Source: Octopus bimaculoides (lineage: Eukaryota). Taken from it: DNA of 62,888 bases. Position numbers and translations under genes: made by a program. The DNA is taken from contig NC_068990.1 in the NCBI RefSeq assembly GCF_001194135.2, forward strand, positions 55,101,470-55,164,357, written 5' to 3'. Below the pieces are notes generated by a model. The model was not told the origin of the DNA and did not search any database. It worked only from the letters and a program-made list of their open reading frames with translations. Positions within the stretch are counted from its first letter, which is position 1. Every line of letters begins with the position of its first letter. This document shows, in pieces, positions 1-11,951 of this stretch.

Positions 1-58
<58 letters not shown>
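1..58. repeat. (TG)n microsatellite
   Basis: Direct reading. Confidence 0.97.
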
Positions 59-59
<1 letters not shown>

Positions 60-360
60 CCGACCGTAACTCTTTGCAGTGCCCATTAAATGCAGATCGA
101 CCATATTTGCCTATTAGCACTACCTTCACATAGCCATGCAATTTAAATCAAATTTTGATTATCTTTTAATCCTTTCAGAAATTAATACATATTATACATT
201 TGCTTTTACTTATACCAAGTTGTTACGGTAATACAGTTTTTATAATGTCCATTCACTGCAAACCACCAATATTTGCACGTTAGCACTTCCTTCATGTAAC
301 CATACCAAGTTGTGACAGTTATAAAGTTTTGAATGTTGTTCCAGATCAGTTAACACCGTT

Positions 361-600
361 ACCGACCTTGATCAGAGACTTCAGTTCCCTCTGAAATTCA
401 CTTTTGCCATGACAATTAACAAAGCACAAGGTCAGTCACTGAAAATTGTCAGATTGGACCTTCGAAAATCATGCTTTTCACATGGACAGTTCTTCGTCGG
501 TTGTTCTAGGTTTAGCTATCCAGACAACTTATTCATCTATACTCCTGAAAGAAAAACAAAAAATGTTGTCTACAAAGTAGTCCTACAGTAGTTATTCCTC
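361..600 (+). mobile_element. Helitron PIF1-helicase C-terminal remnant
   Basis: QRLQFPLKFTFAMTINKAQGQSL...DLRKSCFSHGQFFVGCSR...TKNVVY matches PIF1/Helitron motifs V-VI. A possible CTAG 3' end lies at 1179-1182 (tentative). Confidence 0.8.
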
Positions 601-1884
601 TACTGCATTCTTCACATCTATGCCAAACTGTAGCCCTGAGAAATCAGACTTCCTACAAGCATTTAATTTATATTTTGCTTCATTTCCCTGATTGCTGTTA
701 ACAGTACATTACCTTTAATGACCCTTCTTCTTTCACACACACTGATTGCTCATAAATATGCTCAGACATTTATCTTTGTATATGCCATTATTCTATTTGC
801 AGGTTTGCTATAAATGTTTGTTTTTCTTTATCACACATGACTTTCATTAAAAAAAAACTTCACTGCAGTTGTGTCAGTATTATGAGAAAAATAAGTACAT
901 GATACAAAACACTTGAAGTAAGATATTGGATCCCTAATGCCTACTGCAATTGCGACCTCATTTCATGGACTTTCATTTATTACTAAGTACCAAATTTGTG
1001 TTCAAAAACAGCATTAAGTTTCTTAATAACATATCATAACCTACTAATGAAAATGGTAATTATACATTCTAGGCATACCAAATGAAACGACTTCTAACTG
1101 CGGGCTAATTCAACTTCCATTGTCCACAGGAGTGCACCATGATTATAAATTATACTCTCCAAAGGATGGGTGCATTTGCTAGAATATATATATATATATA
1201 TATATAGCAATAAGAAAATGGAGGGGAATAGGTGGTATTCATCAACTTGCAGACATTGTATTGTGTCAATTTACCTGTTTATTTGTTAACTAAGAGGACA
1301 ATAATAACAGTATACAAACACATGTGACATATTATGTCATATCAGTAATTAAAAAAGGACATCTAGTGACCGAAAATGGGACGGTGACTTACAGCTGTTT
1401 CAGTCTAGTGGTGACATGCCTCATTCTATCTATATAACTCCAGTAGGCTGAAGTAATGGAAAGATGAAATGGATGAAATGGATGAAATAGAGGTAGATGT
1501 ATGATTCTCTCGGCCTCTTCAGAGATTTTATAAAGTTCATAAAGTTAATTTAAAATATCTAAATATAAAAATATTAAAAAAACGTAAAATCTCACATATA
1601 TATGTATACTTTAACATATATAGATATACATAAATAAACAAAAATACATAAATACATATATGTACATGTAAATGTACATACACAAATGTCTATACATGCA
1701 CACCAATGAGTCAATTATTGTTGTTATTATACATGAAGAAGACACATATATATATATAACACTAGTGTAATAATAACTGGGTATTCTTCTGGCAGTATAT
1801 TAGATAGATATTATCCCTTAGTGGATTGGATTCACAACCCTTAACTTTCTTGGATATATATACACACACACACACACACACATC

Positions 1885-1920
<36 letters not shown>

Positions 1921-1932
1921 TTTGTATATAGA

Positions 1933-1976
<44 letters not shown>

Positions 1977-2486
1977 CAAATGCATATATATACATATTTA
2001 TATATAGATATACATTTATTTATTTATTTATTTATTTGTGTTTCAGCCAAGTGGCTGCGGTCNNNNNNNNNNNNNNNNNNNNNNNNNNNNNNNNNNNNNN
2101 NNNNNNNNNNNNNNNNNNNNNNNNNNNNNNNNNNNNNNNNNNNNNNNNNNNNNNNNNNNNNNNNNNNNNNNNNNNNNNNNNNNNNNNNNNNNNNNNNNNN
2201 NNNNNNNNNNNNNNNNNNNNNNNNNNNNNNNNNNNNNNNNNNNNNNNNNNNNNNNNNNNNNNNNNNNNNNNNNNNNNNNNNNNNNNNNNNNNNNNNNNNN
2301 NNNNNNNNNNNNNNNNNNNNNNNNNNNNNNNNNNNNNNNNNNNNNNNNNNNNNNNNNNNNNNNNNNNNNNNNNNNNNNNNNNNNNNNNNNNNNNNNNNNN
2401 NNNNNNNNNNNNNNNNNNNNNNNNNNNNNNNNNNNNNNNNNNNNNNNNNNNNNNNNNNNNNNNNNNNNNNNNNNNNNNNTTTTTAT

Positions 2487-3975
2487 GTTTCGAGCCTACG
2501 TTCTTCCACAGAAAGGAACACAGAACAAAACAAGGAGAGAAACAATTCAGAAAAATTGTATTACATATAAGAAGGGATTACCACTAAGTGGACATCCGAT
2601 ATGCTAGAAAGAGGTCATCAACAACCCAACCACAAAGAAAAATAATGTTCTCCAGAAAGAATTCAGCAAACACCAGAACATAAGCAGGCAAGACAATGAG
2701 TATTTCTACTACTACAAATTGGTTGAAGTTGATGTTTATCAATGTGGTTTACATTTCCTTGGTTGGTATTTAGATGCAAATGTTTTCTAGATCCAGTAGG
2801 TGGTTTATTGAACCTTTGCTGCATTTTGCTATTGTTTATGCAATGCATAAGCTGCTCTAAATTAGTAATGTAAATTAGAGTTGGTATAGGATACCTTCAT
2901 GGTGTGTCGATTAAAAATAGCATGATACCAATTAGATTTAGGAAAACATTTGTCCAAAGCAGCAAAAAATTTTCCAGCAATCCTGGTTGAAACATGCAAA
3001 CCGAAAGTTGGGTTGAACCAGAGGACATCTTGATTCCTATATCTATTGTTAGGTTTATTTGATCAACTGTGTTGTACAGGATTGGAACAAGCAGTTGAAT
3101 TACTATGTCGCATGTGTCTATGAGATTTCGTTGGTAGTTCATTGACATGACTAATTCTTTTTGGCCTGTATTCTTTATTAGATTGATTTCTCAAATGGTA
3201 ACATTGTGGTGGTATACGATGTACATGGCAGTTGTAGGAATTACCAGTGTTGCTTATGCCTGCTTCTTGTATATATTGAATTTTATCACGGTACCCAGCC
3301 CTAGTTAGAGCATCATTATAAGATGCATGAGATTCGAAAATTTTATTGTCAGCAGATAATCTAGATATTCTAGTAGAAATATTCTTAACTAGTCCCCGTA
3401 TAATCGAGGGTGGATGGTTGGATGCTATGTTAATATACTTAATATGCCCATTTGGCTTATGAAATGGGTCAAATAATCCAGTATCAAAACAGAAGGTAGC
3501 ATCAAGAAAATTCACTCTACAATAATCTTTACCTTTTGTAATGTTTAGTCCTAAGTTTTTGAAAAGTCTAAAGAAATTTTCCCTGTGCCTTTCTAACTGT
3601 ACTTTACTACTTCTGTCTAGAAAAAATAAGGTGTCATCCCTATATATATCCCCTGTTACTTCCGGAAAGGAAGACTGGATTAATGAAAGGATATATATTC
3701 TGACTAGGTCACTAGCCTGAGTAGAATTATGCGAGCCCATTGCTATATCAAATGCATTTTCCCTATCTAATCTATTCCATAATGTACCATCAGTATCTAC
3801 TAGAGTGGCTTGCACGGCAAGTATAATATCTATTTCACATCAGGACAAATCGGAATTTTACATTCTAAAAATCAGGGCTTGATTAAGAACAATCGGGTTG
3901 ATAGTGGCATAGTAGCTCTCTATATCAAGTTGCAAGAATTTACTAGTCTTACTAAGACTTTATAAAGAGCTCAAG
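2487..3975 (-). mobile_element. Penelope-like retroelement, RT region, 5'-truncated and degenerate
   Basis: LQLDIESYY, FDIAMGS, IYRDD, VNFLDATF, PFHKPN, SNHPP, then frameshifted VLWFNP...FAALDKCFP...IFNRHTMKVSY. A terminal GAAGAACGTAGGCTCGAAAC motif lies next to the gap. Confidence 0.88.
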
Positions 3976-3981
3976 CACCAT

Positions 3982-4385
3982 TTGCTAGGAAATATTAATA
4001 TACTGAGGAATATCAAATGTTATTCAGTAGAGAATATTTTGCAGCATTTCAAAGAGCCAATTTTACCTGTCTTAGAAACGATGCATTTAAATGAAGAAAA
4101 AATTGCTTCAATTGAACTTCAGTTTAATAGCATTCATTTAGTTAAATGGATAAATATGTCAAATACTGAGGCATTCTGGCTGGAAGTCTTGGAATATAAA
4201 GATGCTACTGCAGGAAATCCTTTTAGAGATGTTGCATATTTTGCCATTAATCTATTGACATTGCCAAACTCAAATGCAGAAGCTGAATGGTTGTTCAGTA
4301 GTATGGGTGTAATCAAATCAAAATTGAAAAACAAAATGCATCTTCCTATGCTTAGATCAATACTGTCAATAAAATCCTCATCAAA
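3982..4385 (+). mobile_element. hAT transposase C-terminal (dimerisation domain) fragment
   Basis: FWLEV...NPFRDVAYFAINLLTLPNSNAEAEWLFSSMGVIKSKLKNKM matches the hATC motif LP.SNA..ER.FS.....K.K.RN. Confidence 0.8.
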
Positions 4386-4993
4386 ATACAGCTCAGATGG
4401 TCAGGACATCTCTCACATATGAGTTATATCACAATTCTGAAGTAACTTCTCTTTGGTCAATTCCCAACAGGAAGGTCAGTTGGAAGGCAACTCTTGCACT
4501 TCAAAGACAAACTAAAAGACAATCTGAAGTGATAAAACATTCCCTATTATTTTTGGGAAAACAAAGCATCAGAACACATGAACTTGTGCCAGTCCTACTT
4601 CTCCTCAGTACAAAAATTTGAGCAAAATCGACTCCAACAGCAGGACCAACTTTGTGCAAACATGAAGGTATGCTGGCAAAACACTGCTCCTCTAAATGGA
4701 AATTTTACCTGTCATTTTAGTTCTGTGGCATGATGCAAAGCAGGCCTTGCAACCCACTCAAGAAACTACATAGTAAATGATCCACAAGCACTCGAGCAAA
4801 CTGAATCCTCAACTTGTTCCAGTTTCCGAACGGTTTGCAAGGCACCAGCAGGCCTCAAAAAACACATTCCTGTCCATAGAACATGATCAACGCTTTATTT
4901 TACTGAATTCTCATTTGTCATTCATGACAAATATATCATCCAAATATATCATCCATGACAAACATGTCATCCATATACAAGCACACACACATG

Positions 4994-5047
<54 letters not shown>

Positions 5048-6167
5048 TATAGATAGATGGATAGATATACATACACATATACACTCACACATACATATAT
5101 ATATCATTATCATCATCATCATAATTTCAACATCCACTTTTCTTTGCTTACATGGATCAGACTATATATGTGTGTGTTTGTGTTCATATTTATCTATCAC
5201 AAGTATAGCTAGAGAAAAAGGGGTGGAGGGGGTGGTCTGCCCTGAGCATCACCAATTTTGGATCTGCTGTAGGCAATATATATTTTTTGTGTGGCCCCTG
5301 GGGGTGGAAAACCGAAGGGCCGCCCCAGGCAGCTCACACACGAGCTAGTGATATCTATGTGTGCCTTTATGTTTGTCATGTTTGTCTTTCACCACCACCA
5401 CCACCTGATAACAGGTATTGGTTTGTTTGTGTCCCTTTAAATTTCTGGTTCAACAAAAGAAACCTATAAAATAAGTACTAGGTAAAAATAAACAAGCACT
5501 GGAATTGATTTGTTCTGTAAGTACCCTTCAAGGCAGTGCTCCAGTATGGTTGCAGTCCAATGACTGAGACAAGCAAAATATAAAAGATGTCTTCTTTAAC
5601 TTATAGCTCTTGTTCTTTACAACATTATCGATAATATACCTTCAAAATACTCAAGCATTAGTCTGGATTTTTCTAAAATCTTAGACTATATTTTTAAACT
5701 CCATGGGACACCTAGATGTCTCCAAGTGCAGCACTTGAACATCACTGATGTTGAAGCTTAATTTCTCTTTGTTGATGTTGTTGTTGTTGTTTACCTCAAT
5801 GTCAGCTCTGATTGAACAAAATTGGTGATGAAAGGTTTCCTAGTCATAAACCATTTCATCTTTTCTCTAGATATTATCCAATATGTTCTGATGAGTCGAG
5901 GAAGATTTGGCTGCTATTTCTTATGGGTTGAGACACCTTTGATGTTTGGTCAGTTTTTCAACTGTTTGCATGGATGGATTTATGTCAGTTTATATTATTA
6001 TATTGCAGCATGTGATTTTAAAGTGACTACTTATAAGTTCTTAAAGCTGCAAATGAATTTTCATGTTAGATTTTTACTGTTGGTTTATGATCATCAACAA
6101 GCTGAAGAGCTTTGTTCTACATTTGTTCTTCAGTTTCTCAATAGTTTATTTGTTAACTGGTTGTGTT

Positions 6168-6832
6168 CATCATCATCATCATCATCATCATCGTTTAACG
6201 TCCACCTTCCATGCTAGCATGGGTTGGACGATTTGACTGAGGACTGGTGAAACCGGATGGCAACACCAGGCTCCAATCTAATTTGGCAGAGTTTCTACAG
6301 CTGGATGCCCTTCCTAACGCCAACCACTCAGAGAGTGTAGTGGGTGCTTTTACGTGTCACCCGCACAAGAGTCAGTCCAGGGGCACCAGCAACGATCTCG
6401 CTCGAAAGATATCATGTGTCGCCCACACATGAGCCAGTCCAGGGGCACTGGCAACGATCCCGCTCGAAAGATTTCATGTGTCGCCCGCACATGAGCCAGT
6501 CCGGGGGCACTGGCAACGACCTCACTCGAAAAACCTCATGTGTTACCCGCAAGCCAGCCCAGGGGCACCAGCAACGATCTCGCTCGAAAGATTTCATGTG
6601 TCGCCCGCACATGAGCCAGTCCAGGGGCACTGGCAACGATCCCGCTCGAAAGATTTCATGTGTCGCCCGCACATGAGCCAGTCCAGGGGCACTGGCAAAC
6701 GATCCCGCTCGAAACATTTCATGTGTCACCCGCACAAGAGCCAGTCCAGGGGCACTGGCAACGAACTCGCTCGAAAGATATCATGTGTTGCCCGCACATG
6801 AGCCAGTCCAGGGGCACCGGCAACGATCCCGC
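6168..6832 (-). mobile_element. SINE-like element with (GAT)n tail and a tandemly amplified internal module
   Basis: (CAT)n followed by cgtttaacgtcc...ccatgctagcatgggttggacg...cagctggatgcccttcctaacgccaacc. The same family recurs at 7560-7680, 25225-25390, 33440-33620 and 58225-58370. Confidence 0.75.
6352..6832. repeat. 62-bp tandem repeat, about 8 copies
   Basis: Unit cccgcacatgagccagtccaggggcactggcaacgatcccgctcgaaagatttcatgtgtcg starts at about 6360, 6422, 6484, 6546, 6604, 6666, 6729 and 6791. Confidence 0.95.
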
Positions 6833-7244
6833 TGAATTTATAGTTAAGTGGGGAGTAGGGGCTAACATCATTACTATTATTATGAGTTGTCTGTCTTTAC
6901 ATTCTAAGTTCAAACTCTATTGAGGTCAACTTTGCCTTTCATTCTTTTGGGGTTGATAAAATAAGTACCGGTCAAGTACTGCGTTTGATTAAATCAAATA
7001 GACCCCTTTCCCAGAATTTCAGACCTTGAGCCCATAGCAGGAAGGATTATTATTATTATTATTATAAGTTTTTCTTCCTTCAATTTTGTTTCTGTTTCTT
7101 GCCATGTGTCTTCCTGACACTTAGGGTAAAGAAACTCACTGTATACATTGATAGGCTACTAAAATAAACACACTAAATTGTTAATTTACAAAATCAAATG
7201 AAATTATGTAGGGAAAAAAATGAATTACTAGAAGGCAATGATTC

Positions 7245-7480
7245 TCACAGCAACAATACTCTTCTAAATATGTGTGATGTACCAGTTGAAACAATCTTTT
7301 GCACTTTTTGTAGGGAAGGTAAGCCTGTGAGCATTCTCAAATGATTTTCACTTCCGTTTTTGATGATTCCAAGTGTTCCTACAATGACTGATATTGTAAC
7401 CATCTTGGGATACCACATTTTTTTCAATTTCAACGAGCAAATTTTTATATTTTTTGAGCTTGTCAAATTCTTTTGCCAAA
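7245..7480 (-). mobile_element. R4/Dong-like (RLE) non-LTR retrotransposon 3' fragment
   Basis: MWYPKMVTISVIVGTLGIIK...LPSLQKVQKIVSTGTSHIFRRVL, typical of the C-terminus after the restriction-like endonuclease. Confidence 0.7.
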
Positions 7481-7829
7481 GTATTATTTTCATGCTGATG
7501 CCACATAAAAAGTATTTCTGCTGGTGCCACATAAAAAGTACCCAGTACACTCTGTAAACTGATTGGCATTAGGAGGAGCATCCAGCTATGGAGCTTAGTG
7601 CAGCTCTTTGGCTTGGCAGCTCCTGTCAAATCATCCATCTCACAACAGCATGGAAAATGGACATTAAATGATGATGATGAGGTACTTTGCTGCTGTACTA
7701 GTTAACAAAAACAAAAAAATTCCTCCCTGTTTACCTCCAGTGAGTATACAAATATCAAAAGGGAAAGTCCAATTGTTCAGAGCCCCATTGTAACACCCTA
7801 TCCTTTTATTTATAATGTGTAGTCTTAAT

Positions 7830-8130
7830 CCCATCTTTCAAGATTTGAATTGTTTCACCTGCACTTCCAGTTATTTTATTTATTGCACAAAATACCAACT
7901 TTACTGTGATTTGTATATAGGTAAGAATGGTTGCAGGCTGGTTGACCAGTTTAGAAAGCATTTGTTTCACATGTTCATATGTGATTTAAAGGCCCTCTTA
8001 AACCAACTGCACAGCATTTCAGCAGTAAAGGTTACTCTCTCCATCCTATTTCTGTCTTTGGTTTACATCACTACCAGGAATCACCATCCACCCGACTCTC
8101 TCATGAGCAACAAAGTGCCAATAAAGTAAT
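7830..8130 (+). mobile_element. Penelope-type GIY-YIG endonuclease fragment
   Basis: FTCTSSYFIYC...CDLYIGKNGCRLVDQFRKHL, then frameshifted KPTAQHFSSKGYSL...SVFGL. Confidence 0.75.
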
Positions 8131-8388
8131 GTAGTTGATGATATTGCTTACTCCTTCCTTCCTTGTAATTGCTGGTCTTTTGTCCAAATCAGAGACTACT
8201 ATTTTGGAGAGATGGTTTGGCAGTATCATTAGAGAATTGGGAAAATGTTTTATGGTATTTTTTTCAGCTCTTTACATTCTGATCTTTTTTTTTTTTATGG
8301 AAACGTCTTCCCATTGGCATTAACAGCTGATTATTTTTCCTCTATTTCTTTCCTTTATATTTTCACTCCTCCACCACCACCACATGTA

Positions 8389-9224
8389 CAGGGTGCAATG
8401 AATAAACTGTCATCTAAATTATGCAGAAATGAAAATAACACTGACATCTCATGATAACAGATATATTTACTAAAATTACATAAAAATATCTTGAAATATT
8501 AAAGAGTAAATTTATTTAATAAAGTCTCCTTTGGCTTCAACAATGGACTCCAGACGACTTCGGAATCTCCTGCAACTCTTCTCTTCTGGGCGGTCTGCTT
8601 GTCTAAGTTGGTGAATGCTGCCATAATCCTTGTCTTCATTTTATCTTTGATGTTACAAGGAGCTTTGTTGGTCTCTCGCTCAACTGCTCCCCACACATAA
8701 CAATCAAGAGGATTGCAGCCTGGGGGAGTTAGGTTTGATGTAGTCGTAGAAATTGTCTGACAGCCATGACTGGTTTCTCTTGCTTGTGTGGCATGGTGCA
8801 GAGTCCGGTTGCCAAACATAGGATCTTCCAGCAGCCACCCTCTTGACCCAGGGCAGCACTATCTCCTCCAGGCACTTGATGAAGGCCTTCCATGTTGAGT
8901 CTGAGGTCATGTGGGAAGAGGAATGGATGCATAACATTGCCGTCACTAGTGATTATTCCAGACACCATGATGTTGATTAGTTGCTTGATTTTTACCACTC
9001 TCAGTACATGTTCATATTGGAGCTTCCAGCATGAATGCCAAGCATTACAGCATGTCATTTCCAAATTTCTGGCAGAGTAAATTGTGTCATGGTGCAGTTT
9101 TTTTTATCACAAACAGTGCCCAACTAACCAAACTATACTGTGTAGTTGACAAAATCAAAAAGAAACAATGTGCATGTCCAAAGTTAAAAATATAAAATGG
9201 CAACAATTTATCCATCGCACCCTG
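8389..9224 (-). mobile_element. Tc1/mariner (maT/DD37D-like) internally deleted element with both TIRs
   Basis: TA|cagggtgcaatgaataaactgtcatc ... ggcaacaatttatccatcgcaccctg|TA (about 26-bp imperfect TIRs, TA TSD). Frameshifted transposase includes VMVSGIITSDG, YVWQPDSAPCHTS and NPLDCYVWG. Confidence 0.88.
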
Positions 9225-9683
9225 TATATTCTCACACCATTTTACTATGTACATAGTGTTGTGCTCAGATATACACTTACTAACACTTACCTATTTCTGC
9301 TGTTGCTACTTATTTCTCTGTTTTATTTTTTAGTATACAGTTAACATTTTGTTAATCAGTTTCCATCAAACTTCCATCATTCACTACCTCCAATGACTTG
9401 CTAAAACAGTTTATCTTTTCTCCTTTTCTTAATTTCTCTCTCCTTTATCTTGAAAATAGTTTGTTTTTTTATTTGAGCATTGATGATTTTCTCTTTTCTA
9501 CTTTGCTTATTTGTACAGACTTAGCCTTTTTTCAGTAAGTCTGTTCCATTTAACCCTACTGACTTCGTTAAAAAAAGTTTAAAATATTGCCAACTGTAAC
9601 TTGCATGCACATATATACGAGTAATTGATGCACATGAATCCCTGTGTGTGCACACTTCTTCCTGTTCAGCTTCATTTGAGGCA

Positions 9684-9900
9684 TTGATTTCAAATTTTGG
9701 CACAAGGCCTGCAATTTCGGGGAGGGGGTAAGTCAGTTACATCAGTCCCCAGTATTCAACAGGTACTTATCTTATTGATCTCAAAAGGATGAAAGGTAAA
9801 GTCAAGCTCAGTGGAGTTTGAACTTGGAAAGTAAAGACGGACAAAATGCTGCTAAGCATTTTTACCCAACGTACTAACGATTCTACCAGCTCACTGCCTT
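9684..9900 (-). mobile_element. SINE with 10-bp target-site duplication
   Basis: ATTTGAGGCA at 9674-9683 and 9901-9910. The body has tttgcctttcatcc / aagtaccagttgaatactgggga. Family copies at about 6905-7050, 12637-12806, 16500-16640, 19552-19770, 56720-56900 and 60900-61100. Confidence 0.78.
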
Positions 9901-9922
9901 ATTTGAGGCAAATATTGGTTGC

Positions 9923-10033
9923 ATGCAGAAGCAATGTGCCATCATTGAATTCTTGACAGAAGAGAAGTACAGGCTGTCTGACATCCACAGAAGCATACAG
10001 GTTACTTATGGAGATAACACCATTGACATCTGC
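9923..10033 (+). mobile_element. mariner transposase N-terminal HTH fragment
   Basis: MQKQCAIIEFLTEEKYRLSDIHRSIQVTYGDNTIDI resembles the mariner KQRAVIEFL...IHRRL..VYGD start. Confidence 0.6.
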
Positions 10034-10731
10034 ATGCATGTATGTTGCATTCAATGGACAACCATAAAAAAAGCATGTGTATGTTTGCTAGTTACTACTT
10101 AGCTTTGAATTAGCCCTGATAAACAAACTTGTCTAGAGTAATCTAGCCTTGACATTTCCAGCTTTTATTCAAACACAATATAACAAGAAGATATTGTGTG
10201 GTAGGTAGAGTTGCTTATGGTTTCTAACATATCAAGTAACTACACAGAGGCTCCCTCATCAACTCGTGTTTGTATGTTTATGACATCTAAAAGTAAAAAA
10301 GAAAATGAAAAGCAAGCATAGTGCACTTCTAGAAACCAATTGTCAAAATAAGAATTGAAATTAAACAAAGTTCTTCAATTAACCCACAATACAATATACT
10401 TTTATTTATACCTTGATGAGAAGAAAATACCAGACTATCATAGCATATGATTTTGTATTAACAAAATTAAACAATGCACACTTTCAATTTACTGTAAAAT
10501 TTTTTTTTAAATCTTGAAATTTCCACAACTTCCCACAGTATCATAAATTCAGCAACACTTGAATTAAATAAGAACCAAATATGTTATTGCTGCTTGTACT
10601 CACGTCACAGCAGTAGATGAGTTAAGTCCCTTTAGCGCTTATAGTATTTTAACTTAAGCCTTTTTGACCCGTTCACAAAATGCATGTTGCTTTTTGGGTG
10701 TACTGTTTGCAACATAGCTTATAGATTTTTT

Positions 10732-10732
<1 letters not shown>

Positions 10733-10788
<56 letters not shown>
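10733..10788. repeat. (AAT)n microsatellite
   Basis: Direct reading. Confidence 0.95.
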
Positions 10789-10791
<3 letters not shown>

Positions 10792-11200
10792 GTATTTAAT
10801 TGAAATGATACCAATTATTCCCAATACGATCTAGCTAAGTTCTGACACCATAAATACCACAGCAATGAGTTTCCAAGATTTAAGCCCAAGACAAGATGAT
10901 TAAGCAACATTTTTGAATTGCTATTCCTGATTGACTGACAACTCATACAACATTTAATGATTGCAGCCAATCAATAGTGTAGTGCATAGATATATTTTTG
11001 TATATTTGTATAGCATTTATATATAAATTCCCTAGATTGCATTGCCACATGTGTATTTGTTTTGTAGCAGAATAGTTTGCTATTTAAACAGTCATGGTTG
11101 TTTTCACATTTGATGTCGTTAATGTATCTTCATTTACAACACTGATAGTCATGTATAATGCATAGAGACATGTCGAAACTGCTTTGCAATCATTTGTCAG

Positions 11201-11246
<46 letters not shown>

Positions 11247-11770
11247 TAGTGCATGCTGATAATTTCAAGCCCAAAGCAAGATTTGATAGATGTGCTGCAA
11301 GCAGTTTTCGTGCCCTCCATGTTCTTTCACTTAAAAAATTAAAATCTCAATCCAGTGCAACAATTTGTAGGACTATTTGACTGACAAATCATATTATTAT
11401 TGGCTGGTAAATCATATGATATTAATTGCAAAAGAAAAAATAAATAGTTGAAAATCCTTTGTGCAAAATTCTGTGTGCATGAGTGAGTGAGTCTGTGTGT
11501 GTGTGTGTGTGTGAATGAGTGAGTGAGTCTGTGTGTGTGAGTGAGTGAGTCTGTGTGTGTGTGTGAATGAGTGAGTGAGTCTGTGTGTGTGTAGGGGGGA
11601 GGGAGAGAGAGCGAGTAGACATAACTTTGAATTAAAAATGTATTATATCTTCAATATAATATATGATTTAATACAGTGAACAAATTGAAGTTCATTAGAT
11701 TGCTAATTAGATATGCAATATTGATAGCACGGTCAATAATTAGTAGTATACTTTTAATGGATTTTTCTTT

Positions 11771-11776
11771 TTTATT
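11771..11776 (-). promoter_or_regulatory. candidate polyadenylation signal AATAAA of the myosin gene
   Basis: Plus-strand tttatt about 65 nt past the stop codon. It sits in an A-rich tract, so it could be chance. Confidence 0.35.
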
Positions 11777-11840
11777 TTTGTGGTTTTAGATGTTTGATAT
11801 AGAATACAAACTATGTAAAATATGAAGTAGTAAATGATTG

Positions 11841-11951
11841 CTAGCAAATTGTTTCTCCTCTCTTAGCACCTGCAAATACTTGGAAATTCTTGAACTTGGA
11901 ATTGAGAGAAAACTCTATGTTTGCTACAATCAGGTCATCCAAGAGTTCCCC
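11841..11951 (-). CDS. MYO7A: myosin-VII-like terminal coding exon
   Basis: tttcAG|GGG GAA CTC TTG GAT GAC CTG...TGC TAG; [36 protein letters not shown], matching the GxxxDDLxxxYI end of FERM F3. An alternative in-frame acceptor 6 nt upstream gives a start at 11957. Confidence 0.82.
   Translation of the reverse strand, partial: GELLDDLIVANIEFSLNSKFKNFQVFAGAKRGETIC

Noticed and set aside
1762-2607. Long ORFs such as 253 aa and 196 aa around the first gap
   Set aside because: Made of (TA)n/(CA)n translations and N runs. The same applies to ORFs at 33853-34925, 48614-49672, 53118-53711 and 58003-58320.
6352-6832. CRISPR-like appearance of the regular repeat
   Set aside because: Units are contiguous with no unique spacers, there are no cas genes, and the context is eukaryotic.
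6247-6923. Several overlapping 60-110 aa ORFs with repeated peptides
   Set aside because: Translations of the 62-bp non-coding tandem repeat; the period is not a multiple of 3.
9505-9530. Plus-strand 16-nt micro-exon-like AG...GTAAGT pattern (and a similar one at 12017-12078)
   Set aside because: No coherent plus-strand gene could be assembled; such motifs are expected by chance in AT-rich DNA.
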